Shown here: positions 46,668 to 58,567 of the stretch, one piece after another
Numbering within the stretch: position 1 is the first letter of the stretch
How the letters are laid out: each line of letters begins with the position of its first letter
Source: Eledone cirrhosa
Lineage: Eukaryota
Assembly (NCBI GenBank): GCA_964016885.1
Contig: OZ024743.1
Span: forward strand, 297,662,001-297,726,000
Length of the DNA: 64,000 nucleotides
Direction: 5' to 3'
The notes under the pieces: generated by a model
Seen by the model: the letters and a program-made list of their open reading frames with translations, nothing else
Told to the model about the DNA's origin: nothing
Databases searched by the model: none
Position numbers and translations under genes: made by a program

Positions 46668-49600
46668 AAAAAACAAAAAACGTAAAGAAAATAAGAATGA
46701 AGAGAGAAGCAGGCGGACGGACAGAGAAGAGGGGGGAAAAACTAAAACTAAAAAAACAAAAACTAAGTCAGACATTCGAACACTACATTACAATGAAACT
46801 TATGCTTATTCATTTTTGGGGCCCTTTCTGCCTGTATGTGTGTTTGTTTATGTGTGTTCGTATACAGCGTGGTGATAATGCCACACAAGGGCCAAGTGGA
46901 ACGGCGAATCCACAGATGGCTATGTAACCATACATTCGCCAATCCTCGATAAGAGTGTTTAAATATCGAACATAAACAGTTCGAATAACGGTGAAATGGA
47001 GACTAGAACGTCATGTGACAGACTCTCACCCAACAGGTGCCCCCTGGCTCAGCAGCAGGAACCTGACTGTCAACCAAATACTGCTGATGTTGGAGGAAGA
47101 AGAAGAAGGAAAGGGGCCAGAACCAACTGGACGAAAGAATTGAATAGAACTGTTATGCAATGTTACCTGAAAAGTAACCCCAAGGAGAGGGGCTACAGGA
47201 GACGGATGCATAACATCTGGAACGAGATTGGTCTATTTAAATTAGATTAACAAAAATTGGCCGGGCAGGCTCGGGTAATAAGAACTAATGGGTGGATAAG
47301 CAAGCTGGAACTGGAGGAACTGAGCAGAGAGAATGGCTTGGAGATGGCGGGTGTAGTATGCCAGACAAGCGAGCCAGTGGGAAATGAAGGTGAAGAGGTC
47401 CTGAGAACGGAGGAACCACCCGAAGCAGACAATGATCTGAATACTGAGATAAATAATACCTGGAACAGAGATACGGCCACTGAGGAGATGAATGCTGACG
47501 GGCTAGGACAAGATTCGGTTGACATCCTAAATTTAGTGGTAGATGAATTGAACAATGATAGTGGGAGACCTATGAACCTAAGATTTGTAGACAGGAAAAA
47601 GTTAAAAGAAACAACAGCTAAGGTAAACAAAGTCATCCCATACCTTGAGGCGAGGAGCCTTCACCAGTGCAACAATATCCTCAAAGCAACAGCAAATACG
47701 GTGAGGAAACTACTTGGTATAAAAGCGAGAGGAAACAACAGACAAGAAAGAGCAGAGCCGTGGTGGAAGAAACGACTGAGTGGTCAAATCGGGGAAATGA
47801 GAAATGACATAGGAAAGCTTGAGTCACTACTGAATGGGACACTAAAAAACATAGGCACTAAAAATAGACTGGAAATAAAGTACAAAACTAGGAGGAAAAA
47901 GCTAAATATTATCATAGAAGAACTGAAGCAACGCATTGTAGCAAAGAGTGCAAAAATCAGGCGATACGAGAACAGAGTCAGTCAGTATAAACAGAACCGC
48001 ATGTTCGACAACAACCAGAAGATGCTGTTTGAACAGCTTGAGGGGAAAGAAAGAGGCAACGACTTGATCCCTGGGGCGGAGCAAACTAAAACATTCTGGA
48101 GAGGAATATGGGAGCAGGATGTTAGACATAATGTCCAGGCAGGGTGGATTGAGACAGTACAGAGGGAGATCGGTGAGCAGGCACACCAACAAACTGATTT
48201 GAGTATCACAGTTGAAACTCTTAAGGGGCAGGCCAAAAAACTAACCAACTGGAAATCACCAGGCCCAGATGGTGTGCAGGGGTATTGGATTAAAAATTAA
48301 CATCCCTCCACCCGAAGCTGACGGCCATGTTCAATGACTGCTTGGTGTCGGGTGAGGTGCCAGAGTGGTTGACAAAAGGTACCACAGTTCTGATAATGAA
48401 AGACCGAATCAAGGGTAATGATGTCACCAACTATAGACCTATCACATGTCTGTCCGTAATGTGGAAACTGTTGACGAGCATTGTGTCTGAGGAAATCTAC
48501 CATCACCTCCACACAAACAACTTGTTACCGGACGAACAGAAAGGATGCCGAAAGAAGTCACGTGGTACAAAGGACCAGTTACTTATTGATAAGATGGTAA
48601 TGGGGAACTGCAGGAGGAGACACACTGATCTTGCCATGGGATGGATAGACTACAGAAAGGCATTTGACATGGTGCCTCATTCTTGGATCACCAAAAGCCT
48701 GGAGATCTTCAGGTGGCAGATAACATCAGACAGTTGCTGGGCAGGAGTATGGGGTCCTGGGAGACAGAGTTGACATCAACTGGAGTATCCTTGGGAAGCG
48801 TGAAGATCAAGAGAGGTATCTTCCAGGGAGATAGCCTGTCCCCTCTGTTGTTTGTCCTTGCCCTGATGCCCTTGACCATTATGCTGCGAAAAGTGAGAGC
48901 AGGATACAAGTTGGGAAAGGGAGAGCTTACCATCAATCACCTCCTCTTCATGGACGATCTTAAGCTCTTCGGGAAAAGTGAGAAGGAGTTGGATGTTCTT
49001 GTTGACACTGTCCGTATTTTCAGCAGTGATATATGTATGCAGTTTGGTATTAGTAAATGTGGAGTCATTGTGATGAGGAGGGTAGGTTGAGCAGAAGTAA
49101 CGGGATCCAGATACCAACAGGTGAGATGATAAAGGAAATTGACTCTGAGGAAGGATACAAGTATTTGGGCGTTCTGGAGGCTGATGGCATAAAGAACAAA
49201 AAAATGAAGGAATTGTTAAGAACTGAATACATTCGGAGAGTAAGGAGCGTATTGAAGTCACATCTGAACAGCAGAAATGCCATAAGCGCAGTAAATTCTC
49301 GAGCTGTGTCTATTATTAGGTACAGTGCGGGAATTCTGAGATGGAATGTTGCTGAACAAAAAGAAATGGATAGGAAGACTAGGAAGCTATTGACTATCTA
49401 CAACATGTTCCACAAGAGGAGTGATGTCGATAGACTCTACCTAAGGAGATCTGAGGGTGGAAGAGGTTTTATCAGCATAGAGGACTGTGTTCAGATGGAG
49501 AAAAACAACCTATACAAATACGTGACCTATAGTAAGGAGCCAATGCTCAGAACTGTACTGAAGGAGGGGACAGTGGGCCAGGGGATGTCCAAGGAGGAAA

Positions 49601-50473
49601 TAACATCAAGGAGGAAGAGCAGCCTTAAGAGAAAATCCCTTCATAGTACCTTCTTTGAGAAAACTGAATTTAGAGATCCACAGACATGAAACTGGTTGAG
49701 AAGAGGAGACCTCAAAAAGGCTACAGAAGGAATGCTAATGGCTGCGCAGGAGCAGGCCCTCAAAACGAAGTGGTTGAAGCACCATATTTACAAGGGGGAG
49801 GCTAGCCCACTGTGCAGGATCTGTGGAGAGAGAGAGAGGAGACTGTGGCTCACATTGTGTCCTAGTGTAAACACCTAGCCCAGACCCACTATAAGGGCTG
49901 GAGACACGATGTGATGGGCAGGGTGATCCACTGGCACCTGTGCAAAGTAAACAATTTACCACATTCTGAGAAATGGTATGAGCATAGGCCAGAGGCGGTG
50001 ATGGAGAACAATCAGGTGAAGGTGCTGTGGGATTTTAGGATACAGACGGACAAAAAACTGGAACACAATAGACCTGACCTGGTGGTTGTGGACAAAGAAA
50101 AAAGATCGTGTCTGATTGTGGATGTGGCCTGCTCGTTCGACACGAGAGTGCAAGAGAAGGAGAGGGAGAAAATTAACCGATACCAGGACCTAAAGTGGGA
50201 GGTGAAAAGGATTTGGAACTGCCATGAAGTCAAAGTGATCCCGATTGTCATAGGCGCACTGGGGACTATCTCCAAAAGTTTCCAGGGATGGTTAAAGAAA
50301 ATCGGCCCCTTCACGCTTTTTGGAACGCTTCAAAAGGCATGCTTGCTTGGAACAGCAAGAACCCTCCGATACGTCCTGAATATCTGAGGCTGCAGGTAGT
50401 GGCTTCATATTCATTCCAACGGACTTTCCAGTTAACCAACATCAATGACTGAGATTCAAGGAATAACAACAGT
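46668..50473 (+). mobile_element. R4/Dong-like non-LTR retrotransposon (single ORF: RT + CCHC + RLE), full-length, degraded
   Basis: Ends in (AAT)n; flanked by a 57-bp direct repeat at 46611-46667 and 50494-50550. Confidence 0.92.
46996..50387 (+). pseudogene. R4/Dong-like ORF with stops and frameshifts
   Basis: NWTKELN..CY..S...GYRRRM..W, WKSPGPDG, NYRPITCL, EQKGCR, DYRKAFDMVPH, GIFQGDSLSP, HLLFMDDLK, YKYLG, RLYL..EGGRG, CRICG, HNRPDLVV..VDVA, PIVIGALG. Confidence 0.92.
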
Positions 50474-50550
50474 AATAATAATAATAATAATAAATAGTAA
50501 TGATAAAAAAAATAATAATGTTTGAAACAGGAAATCAACGGGCAGAGATA

Positions 50551-51540
50551 GTGTGCCAAATCTTTGGCTGAAACATCTGCATGTGCTCCATGAAGCCTTG
50601 GCTCCTGAATTTTCGAGGATTGTAGAAAACCCAAGAGAGGTCCCAAGGTTGATGACACCTGGCATAACGTATCTTCTACCGAAGAATGAATGCACAGAAA
50701 ATCCAAAAAACTACAGACCAATTACATGTCTCCCAACGATGTACAAAGACCTCACATCAGTGATTACCAACAGAGTCAACACTTAACTCGTATGTGGGGA
50801 TCTATTGCCACCTGAACAAAATGGCTGTAAACGAGGGAGTTATGGGTGCAAAGATCAGCTACTGATAAATAGACTCAACGGAAAACTGCAAACAGAAAAA
50901 GAAAAATATGTCAATGGCCTGGGTAGAGTACAATAAGTCATTCGACAGCGTACCACATTCATGGACCATAAAGACACTAGAAATGTATCACATAGCACCT
51001 GAGATCACAACTTTCTTGAAGGCAATGATGACAGACTGGAAGGTTTATTTCACTCAATGAAACAATTCTGTGGTGACATTCATATAGAATTTGGACTGGA
51101 CAAGTGTGCAAAAGCCACATTCAAGAGAGAGTTGTTCTCTAGCCATAAAGATATTGTCATATACCAACAAACTACCACAAGGGAACTTAACAATGAAGAG
51201 TTCTACAAATATGTTGGAGTTAATGAAGGAGATGGAATCTAGCATCAAAGTATGAAGGAAAAGATACGGAAGGAGTACATAAGGAGAGTGTGAGACTGGT
51301 AACAAGAAGTGATCTAAACTCTTGCAACAAGTTCAAAGCCATTAACAGTCTAGCAGTACCAGTTGTAACATACAGCTTTAATATCATGTACTGGAACCTG
51401 TGAGAACTATAATAGTTGGACACTGAGAGAAGGAAACTATTGACAACGGAAAAAAATGCATCACCCTAAAGCCGATGTCCATAGGCTGTATATCTCAAAA
51501 AGAGAGGGTGGAAGGGGTCTCCGACAACTGGAAGCTGCAT
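50551..51540 (+). mobile_element. Older, internally deleted R4/Dong-like RT fragment from a different family
   Basis: PNLWLK, NYRPITCLPTMYK, EQNGCKR, FDSVPHSW, FGLDKC, YKYVG, RLYI..EGGRG. Confidence 0.8.
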
Positions 51541-52270
51541 TGTTATATATTTATATTAATTTAATCTTGGATTCAGTCTACCCTCCCAAAGTATATCAGA
51601 GGTTTTGCTAGATTGCTGTCTACCCAGTATATGGTAAGCTATGTAATACCGTATAGCTGTTTGCATGGTAAAGTAGATATATCTCTAGAGTAAATAAACA
51701 CATCCTTTATATACAATGTTATTAATATTAATCCATACATTTAATTATAGATGTATATATAATTCATTGTTCCATATTGCATTTAAGTTAGATAAATCCC
51801 TTATGTTACTACATTAATCCTATATATACAATGATATTAATTTTTACATTTAATTGAAAATGTATATATAATTCATTGATTAAATGTATATATAATTCAT
51901 GAATTATATATACATATAAATGTATATATAATTCATGAATTATATATACATTTTCAATTAAATGTAAAAATTAATATCATTGTATATATAGGATTAATGT
52001 AGTAACATAAGGGATTTATCTAACTTAAATACAATATGGAACAATGAATTATATATACATCTATAATTAAATGTATGGATTAAGATTAATAACATTGTAT
52101 ATAAGGGATGTGTTTATTTACTCTAGAGATTTATCTATTTTATCATGCAAACAGCTATACGGTATTACATGGCTTACCATATATTGGGTAGACAGCAATC
52201 TAGCAAAACCTTTGATATATTTTGGGAGGGTAGACTGAATCCAAAATTAAATTAATATAAATATATAACA
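51541..52270. repeat. ~730-bp AT-rich fold-back (long palindrome) with TG...CA ends
   Basis: Arms ~51541-51877 and ~51935-52270 are near-perfect reverse complements; the centre holds two copies of ATGTATATATAATTCATGAATTATATATACAT. Confidence 0.9.
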
Positions 52271-52714
52271 CTTTGTATCAGAAATTCAATTATGGCACTT
52301 TATAATACTTGATAGGCAACTTTCTAATGATACCTTAATGTATTAGTAGAGAGTAGACTGGGTTTAACTTAAATTAAATTAAATATAAATATACAGTTTC
52401 TATATTAGGCCCTCAATTATAACACTATATAAAGTCCCTTAGAACAATGAGTTTAATTATTATTATAATGAGCTAGTTACCTCCCCTTATGCATTAGCTC
52501 CCCTTACTTCCATTCCCACTTCCGGGTATTAAACAGTAGAAAATTCTCCCAACTATACAAATGTAGTATACGGTACGGACTAAATAACACTAAGTTACTT
52601 TACATTACAAGCCATTACTATATCAAACACTCAACACAAATTGTCCATAATATGTATCTGTATGACTCTTCAGCAGAATATGAGGCTGGTTATATGTAAA
52701 AACATTATTAATAA

Positions 52715-52761
52715 TGCTCCGAAGACATCACGCCTAGGCTTGGAAGAAACAATTGTCAGCA
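52715..52761 (+). ncRNA. Minimal hammerhead-like motif, CCGANGA core variant
   Basis: TGCT-CCGAAGA-...-GAAAC-AATT-GTC-AGCA; stem I TGCT/AGCA and a palindromic stem III. Confidence 0.4.
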
Positions 52762-52790
52762 ATTAAATGTTCTAACATAGCTTTGATTCT

Positions 52791-52861
<71 letters not shown>

Positions 52862-53090
52862 TTATTTATTTATTCATTAAAATAACAGATTAAAATTTAA
52901 GCAAAGAATCGCTGCTTTGACCCTTGACGGGATCTTCTGAAACTAAAACAATCAATCTGTGAACGCAGAAGTAAATATTTCAAAAAACGTTGCAACCGAA
53001 GCAAAACAGGAAGCGATACTTTGGTTCGTGGAGACGTTCCCTGGCAATGAACGGGAAAAAAGCGAAGATAATACGTCATTATTTAGAACG

Positions 53091-53215
53091 TCCCTTTACG
53101 ATCTGAGTTCAAATCCCGCCGAGGTTGACTTTGCCTTTCATCCTTACGGGGTCGATAAAATAAAGTACCAGTAATGCACTGGGTAATTGCTGGCCTTGTG
53201 CCTAAAGTAGAAACA
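53091..53215 (+). mobile_element. tRNA-derived SINE, 5'-truncated
   Basis: TSD ATTATTTAGAACG at 53078-53090 and 53216-53228. Confidence 0.9.
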
Positions 53216-53794
53216 ATTATTTAGAACGGTTAGAATAATTACACGCAAAGACAAAACCACGTTTATGGTATAAATGAAGTCGTAGACTAATATTCTATTT
53301 AGGTGGTTCGTGGAGACGTTCCCTTGCAATAAACGGAAAAAAGCGAAGATAATACGTCATTATGTGGAGCGTTGAGAACAATTACACGCAAAGACAAAAC
53401 CACGTTTATGGTATAAATGAAGTCGTAAACTAATATTCTATTTATATATTCTATATAAACAATGAGTTATTTGTTTTGTTGATTATTCAACAAAGTTAAT
53501 TTATAACAGATTAGAAGCACTCAACAGTTTTCTTCTGGAGTATAATTTCGATAATATTAATAAATGGAAAAAATCTTTATAAAACCATTTTTATTTTATT
53601 ATACATATTTCAAGGGTACCAATATTTTGGTACGCTTTCGTTAGATTAAATACAATATTTGGTTTAAAGATAGTGACATACCAACATATGAACTTAATGT
53701 CATGTGTTCAATGCAGATAGTGAATAAATATTCAAAACTTAGGATAAATATATATATAAATATATATATTGGCAACTTGACCCTCCCAGAGTAT

Positions 53795-54040
<246 letters not shown>

Positions 54041-54311
54041 ATTTTCTCTACGGTTCTTATATATTTGATATATATGTATCCTTATCGAGCCCTCTTCGGA
54101 TTTTAGTCTTAAAATGTATTATTATTACTATATATATAAGTTAAAACAATGAAATAAAAAAATCAAGTCATTAGAAATATACTTCACTGCTTTACGATCG
54201 TTTCTTGGTGATTTATTAGGATTTATTAGGATTTATTTTAACCTACATTTTCAACATATAGATTAGATTGAGTTCTTCATGCAGACTAGACCCCACAACT
54301 TACCGTGGATA

Positions 54312-54358
<47 letters not shown>

Positions 54359-54890
54359 AATGAGTTATTTGTTTTGTTGATTATTCAACACAGTTAATTT
54401 ATAACAGATTAGAAGCACTCAACCGTTTCTTCTGGAGTATAATATCAATAATATTAATAAATGGAAAATATTTTATAAAACAATTTTTATTTTATTATAA
54501 ATACTAGCAGGTTTTCTGCTAGCATGTGTAGTGCGTATATTGATATTATACACAAATATCTATGCATGTAGATATGATACATAAAATAAAATCGTAATTG
54601 ACAATATACACAGAAATTGAACGAAGTCTATGTTACACTGTCTTATGTAATCAGTAAAGTAGTCCATGATACATTTAAAAAAAGACGATATTATATGTAA
54701 ACTGCATTAGGAGAAAATTAGCGACGGAAATATATGCGATATTTTTATAAGTGTTATAATATAACGGCCGCTAACCGGAAGTGTTGACATTTGAAAATGT
54801 TAAAGAAGTGAATCTTTAAATAAGCTATAAAATATATTTAATCAACAGCCACGAAATTTAACACATAAATTATGTAATATTCATTCATTA

Positions 54891-55069
54891 TGGATTGGCA
54901 GTATCGGTAGAGGGTCGGACGCCATGCTTTCCAGCATAGTTACGTCCCTTTACGATCTGAGTTCAAATCCCGCCGAGGTTGACTTTGCCTTTCATCCTTT
55001 CGGGGTCGATAAAATAAAGTACCAGTAATGTACTGGGTAATTGCTGGCCTTGTGCCAATAGTAGAAATA
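54891..55069 (+). mobile_element. tRNA-derived SINE, near full length
   Basis: Head, B-box, core and tail; followed by ATTATT. Confidence 0.9.
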
Positions 55070-55580
55070 ATTATTTATTCAAAGTAAACCAACTTATTTT
55101 ACAAGCGGGGTAAAAAAATATATTCTGGATGCAGTCGCGCACTCCTTTCTTTATTATAGTTAAGACTAGCAGAAAAACCACCCTTTGGGTGGTTTTCTGC
55201 TAGCATGTGTAGTGTGCATATTGATATTATATGCAAATATACATGCATCTAGTTATGATATGTCAAATAAAATCGTAATTGACAATATGCACAGAAATTG
55301 AAGAGAAACTGTGTTACACTCTCTTCTGTAATCAGGAAAGTAATCCATGATACATTTAAAAAAGTCGATATTATATATAAACTGCATTACGGTTCATATG
55401 GATGTTTATATAAGCAATGTAATAAGTGTTATGATATAACGGACGCTAACCGGAAGTGTAGACATTTGAAAATTTTAAAAGAAGTGAATCTTAAAATAAA
55501 CAATCATTATATAAGAATATTTATGTTAAATCAACAGCTACGAAATTTAGCAGATTAATTATGTAATAATCAAGCATTGG

Positions 55581-55721
55581 GGATTGGCAGTATCGGTAGA
55601 GGGTCGGGCGCCATGCTTTGACGCATAGAGTTACTGCCCTTGCCATTCTGAGTTCAAATCCCGCCGAGGTTAACTTTGCCTTTCTTCCTTACGGGGTCGA
55701 TAAAATAAAGTACCAGAAACA
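55581..55721 (+). mobile_element. tRNA-derived SINE with a 3' internal deletion
   Basis: Head and core joined directly to AGAAACAATTAT. Confidence 0.85.
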
Positions 55722-55974
55722 ATTATTTATTCAAAGTAATCTAACTTATTTTACTAACGGGATAAAAAAAATATATTCGAGACGCAGTCCCGCACTCCTC
55801 CCTTTATTATAGTTATGATTTCGAGGGTACCAATATTTTGGTACGCTTTCGTTAGATTAAATACAATATTTGGTTTAAAGATAGTGACATATCAACTTAT
55901 GAACTTAATGTTATGAGTTCAATGCAGATAGTGATTAAATATTCAAAACTCAGGATAAATATTTATCCTGAGTT

Positions 55975-56572
55975 ATGTCGGGTCATTCTTGAGTGCTACT
56001 GGTAACATGTAACCCAGTACAACCTGTCGCATGGTTGGGTCGTCGGCGACTAAACCGGCAACCCCGCCAGGTTTACTTGGTGAGGAGGGTGATTTTGGAC
56101 ACCCTGCAGGACAAAAAACAAAACCTAACAAAGGGCGGAAGAACTCATAAGAATCAACGCCCATCCGAAAGTGTGTAAATATGTATATACACATGTACTG
56201 CGCGGTTAAACCACTGGGAGTGAAGGACACCTAGACTTTCTAGGAGAAGGCAACTCAAGAAACTGGGATAACTCCGATATAAAACCTGCGGCTCAGTAGT
56301 TACCGATGATGTTGATCTTTTCTTCTTTTCGGGTTATAGCTACTGTCGCTCAGAGAGTCGGATTGGCTCAGTGCACAGTCTTTCCTCACTTTAAAAAATA
56401 TCTCACGTACAGGCATTGCACGATAGAATTAATTAATAGTTATTAATAATGGTATATCGTGCAATGGCCATACGCGATAACGAGGGGACAGCCATCATGT
56501 ATGTATGTATGTATGTATGTATGTATGTATGTATGTATGTATGTATGTATGTATGTATGTACGTATGTATGT
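55975..56572 (+). mobile_element. Bipartite non-autonomous retroposon (RTE-like 5'UTR, 3' stem-loop, (ATGT)n tail)
   Basis: The 5' part recurs at 61015-61200 and the 3' part matches 2192-2700. The CTAGGAGAAGGCAACTC motif recalls RTE 5'UTRs (recognised from memory). Confidence 0.5.
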
Positions 56573-56575
56573 AAG

Positions 56576-56631
<56 letters not shown>

Positions 56632-56687
56632 GTGGAACACTGGAAGGTAATATCCGTAGTGGTAGAGCACTCAGTCCATGGGATTAT

Positions 56688-56729
<42 letters not shown>

Positions 56730-56739
56730 CTGTTGACCA

Positions 56740-56785
<46 letters not shown>

Positions 56786-56789
<4 letters not shown>

Positions 56790-57206
56790 GTTTGTATATG
56801 TATAATAAAGCCAAAACAATGCAGGTATGGACATAGAATAAAGAATGCAAATGCAAAAGATATTGTTGACAATTAGTCTTTTACCTTAGATTTATTTAAA
56901 TGTCCTTAATTTTCGAGATAATATCTCTTCTTCAGAGGGAAGTAAAGCGGTTAAACCAGTGTTCTAAATAGCTTGCCAAGTCATGCTGACAGGAAATGGT
57001 ATAGAGTATCTGTTCTATCTCTAATGTCAAAGAGTTAACGTTAGGTGGATGAAGAGTAGTCTCCCTTTAAACATGCCTGTTTAAGTGTGTGGGAGAATGC
57101 ATGAAGGTGTAAGTATGGGAGTGTGTGTGTGTGTGTGTGAATGTGAGAAGATATGTCTATACGTAAATGTGGGGGGTAGATGTTATCTCGTGTTAGAACT
57201 GGTCTT

Positions 57207-57239
<33 letters not shown>

Positions 57240-57254
57240 ATAAGTGGAGGTGTA

Positions 57255-57301
<47 letters not shown>

Positions 57302-58273
57302 GTGTGGGGGGTGTAAATATGGGGTTAGAAGCTCTATCAAGTTATAAATTGGGTGTTGAGTTAAAGTCTATTATTGATTGGTGGTTGTGTTTTGTCTATA
57401 ATTAGTGCTTCCTTAATTCTAAGATTGCCGAGGTTTCTTTCCTTAGTTTCTATCCTAACTGTTATGGTTTTGTCGGTGTTTTTGCATTTAACTAGGTGTT
57501 TCTTAAATGAGGAAGCGTTAGTATTGAGGTGTTCTTTTATTCTTATGTGGAGTGGTCTGGTGGTGCTACCTACGTAGAAGTTGCTGCATTTGTCACACTC
57601 TAGTCTGTATACGACGTAAGCCTGGTGGCATAGGTCTGTGTCGTTGATGGGGCAGTTGGCTAGCCTGCAGCAGTTATCATGTCTAGTGGAGTGTCTCTTA
57701 GCTAGCTGTCCGCGTAGAGAAGGACCTGAGTGGGCCAGTTGGATATCTAGTCCCTCTCGTCTGATAGCTCTGCGGATGGCTGTTGTTGTTTCGTCACTGA
57801 AGTGTGGGAGCTTCAGGAAGCAAGTGTTAGTGCCTCGGGTGTGGTGTCCTCTGTTCTTTCTGGCACGGTTTGTGGTGGATGTCGTGTATCCGTTCAGTTT
57901 GAGTACTTCCAGGAAATGTGTGGTGTGTGTGTCTCGGTCTCTAGCGTCGGTGCATTTGTTCCGGATACGTGTTAAAAAAAAAACCTTTTTAAAGGGAGAC
58001 TATTCTTTATCCACCTAACGTTAACTCTTTGACATTAGAGATAGAACAGATACTCTATACCATTTCCTGTCAGCATGACTTGGCAAGCTATTTAGAACAC
58101 TGGTTTAACCGCTTTACTTCCCTCCAAAGAAGAGATATTATCTCGAAAATTAAGGACATTTAAATAAATCTAAGGTAAAAGACTAATTGTCAACAATATC
58201 TTTTGCATTTGCATTCTTTATTCTATGTCCATACCTGCATTGTTTTGGCTTTATTATACATATACAAACGTTT
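56786..58273 (-). mobile_element. 5'-truncated Penelope-like element with inverted ~285-bp pLTR copies
   Basis: 56786-57071 and 57988-58273 are reverse complements and enclose a GIY-YIG coding fragment; hammerhead-like CTGAAGA-AGAGATATTATCTC-GAAA in the arm (minus strand, ~56905-56940). Confidence 0.85.
57361..57975 (-). pseudogene. Penelope C-terminal fragment: GIY-YIG endonuclease
   Basis: Manual translation ...LKLNGY...LKLPHFS...CHQAYVVYRLECDKCSNFYVGSTTRPLHIRIKEH...LRIKEALII...PPINNRL*. Confidence 0.85.
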
Positions 58274-58522
58274 ATACCTCATTACACAATGCTTCAAGTG
58301 AACTATAACCTCCTCCTATATATATATATATACGCCTGCAACCGCAAATAAACAACCGATTAGAGAGAAGCGAAATGAAATGGCTGGTTTAAGTTAACAA
58401 GCGATACAACACACAACACACGCACACACACACACACGCAAACGAGACAACCACACACACACACATTGTAGCTTTCCACCATACGAACATACTACACTGC
58501 CAATACAGATGAACAAGGCAAC

Positions 58523-58567
<45 letters not shown>

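Larger units (their letters stand above)
54503..55815. repeat. Two diverged tandem ~650-bp units with Helitron-like hairpin+CTAG junctions, each carrying a SINE
   Basis: Units ~54510-55163 and ~55190-55814 both begin GGTTTTCTGCTAGCATGTGTAGTG; junction CTAGCAGAAAAACCACCCTTTGGGTGGTTTTCTGCTAG. Confidence 0.7.

Noticed and set aside
46860-46960. HDV-like ribozyme in the R4 5'UTR
   Set aside because: A GGCGAAT/ATTCGCC hairpin and TCCTCG are present, but I could not assemble the nested double pseudoknot in the right order.
13595-50550. Telomeric HeT-A/TART-like or SART/TRAS-like array
   Set aside because: The head-to-tail layout is similar, but there are no TTAGGG or TTAGG repeats and ordinary interspersed-repeat DNA flanks both sides.
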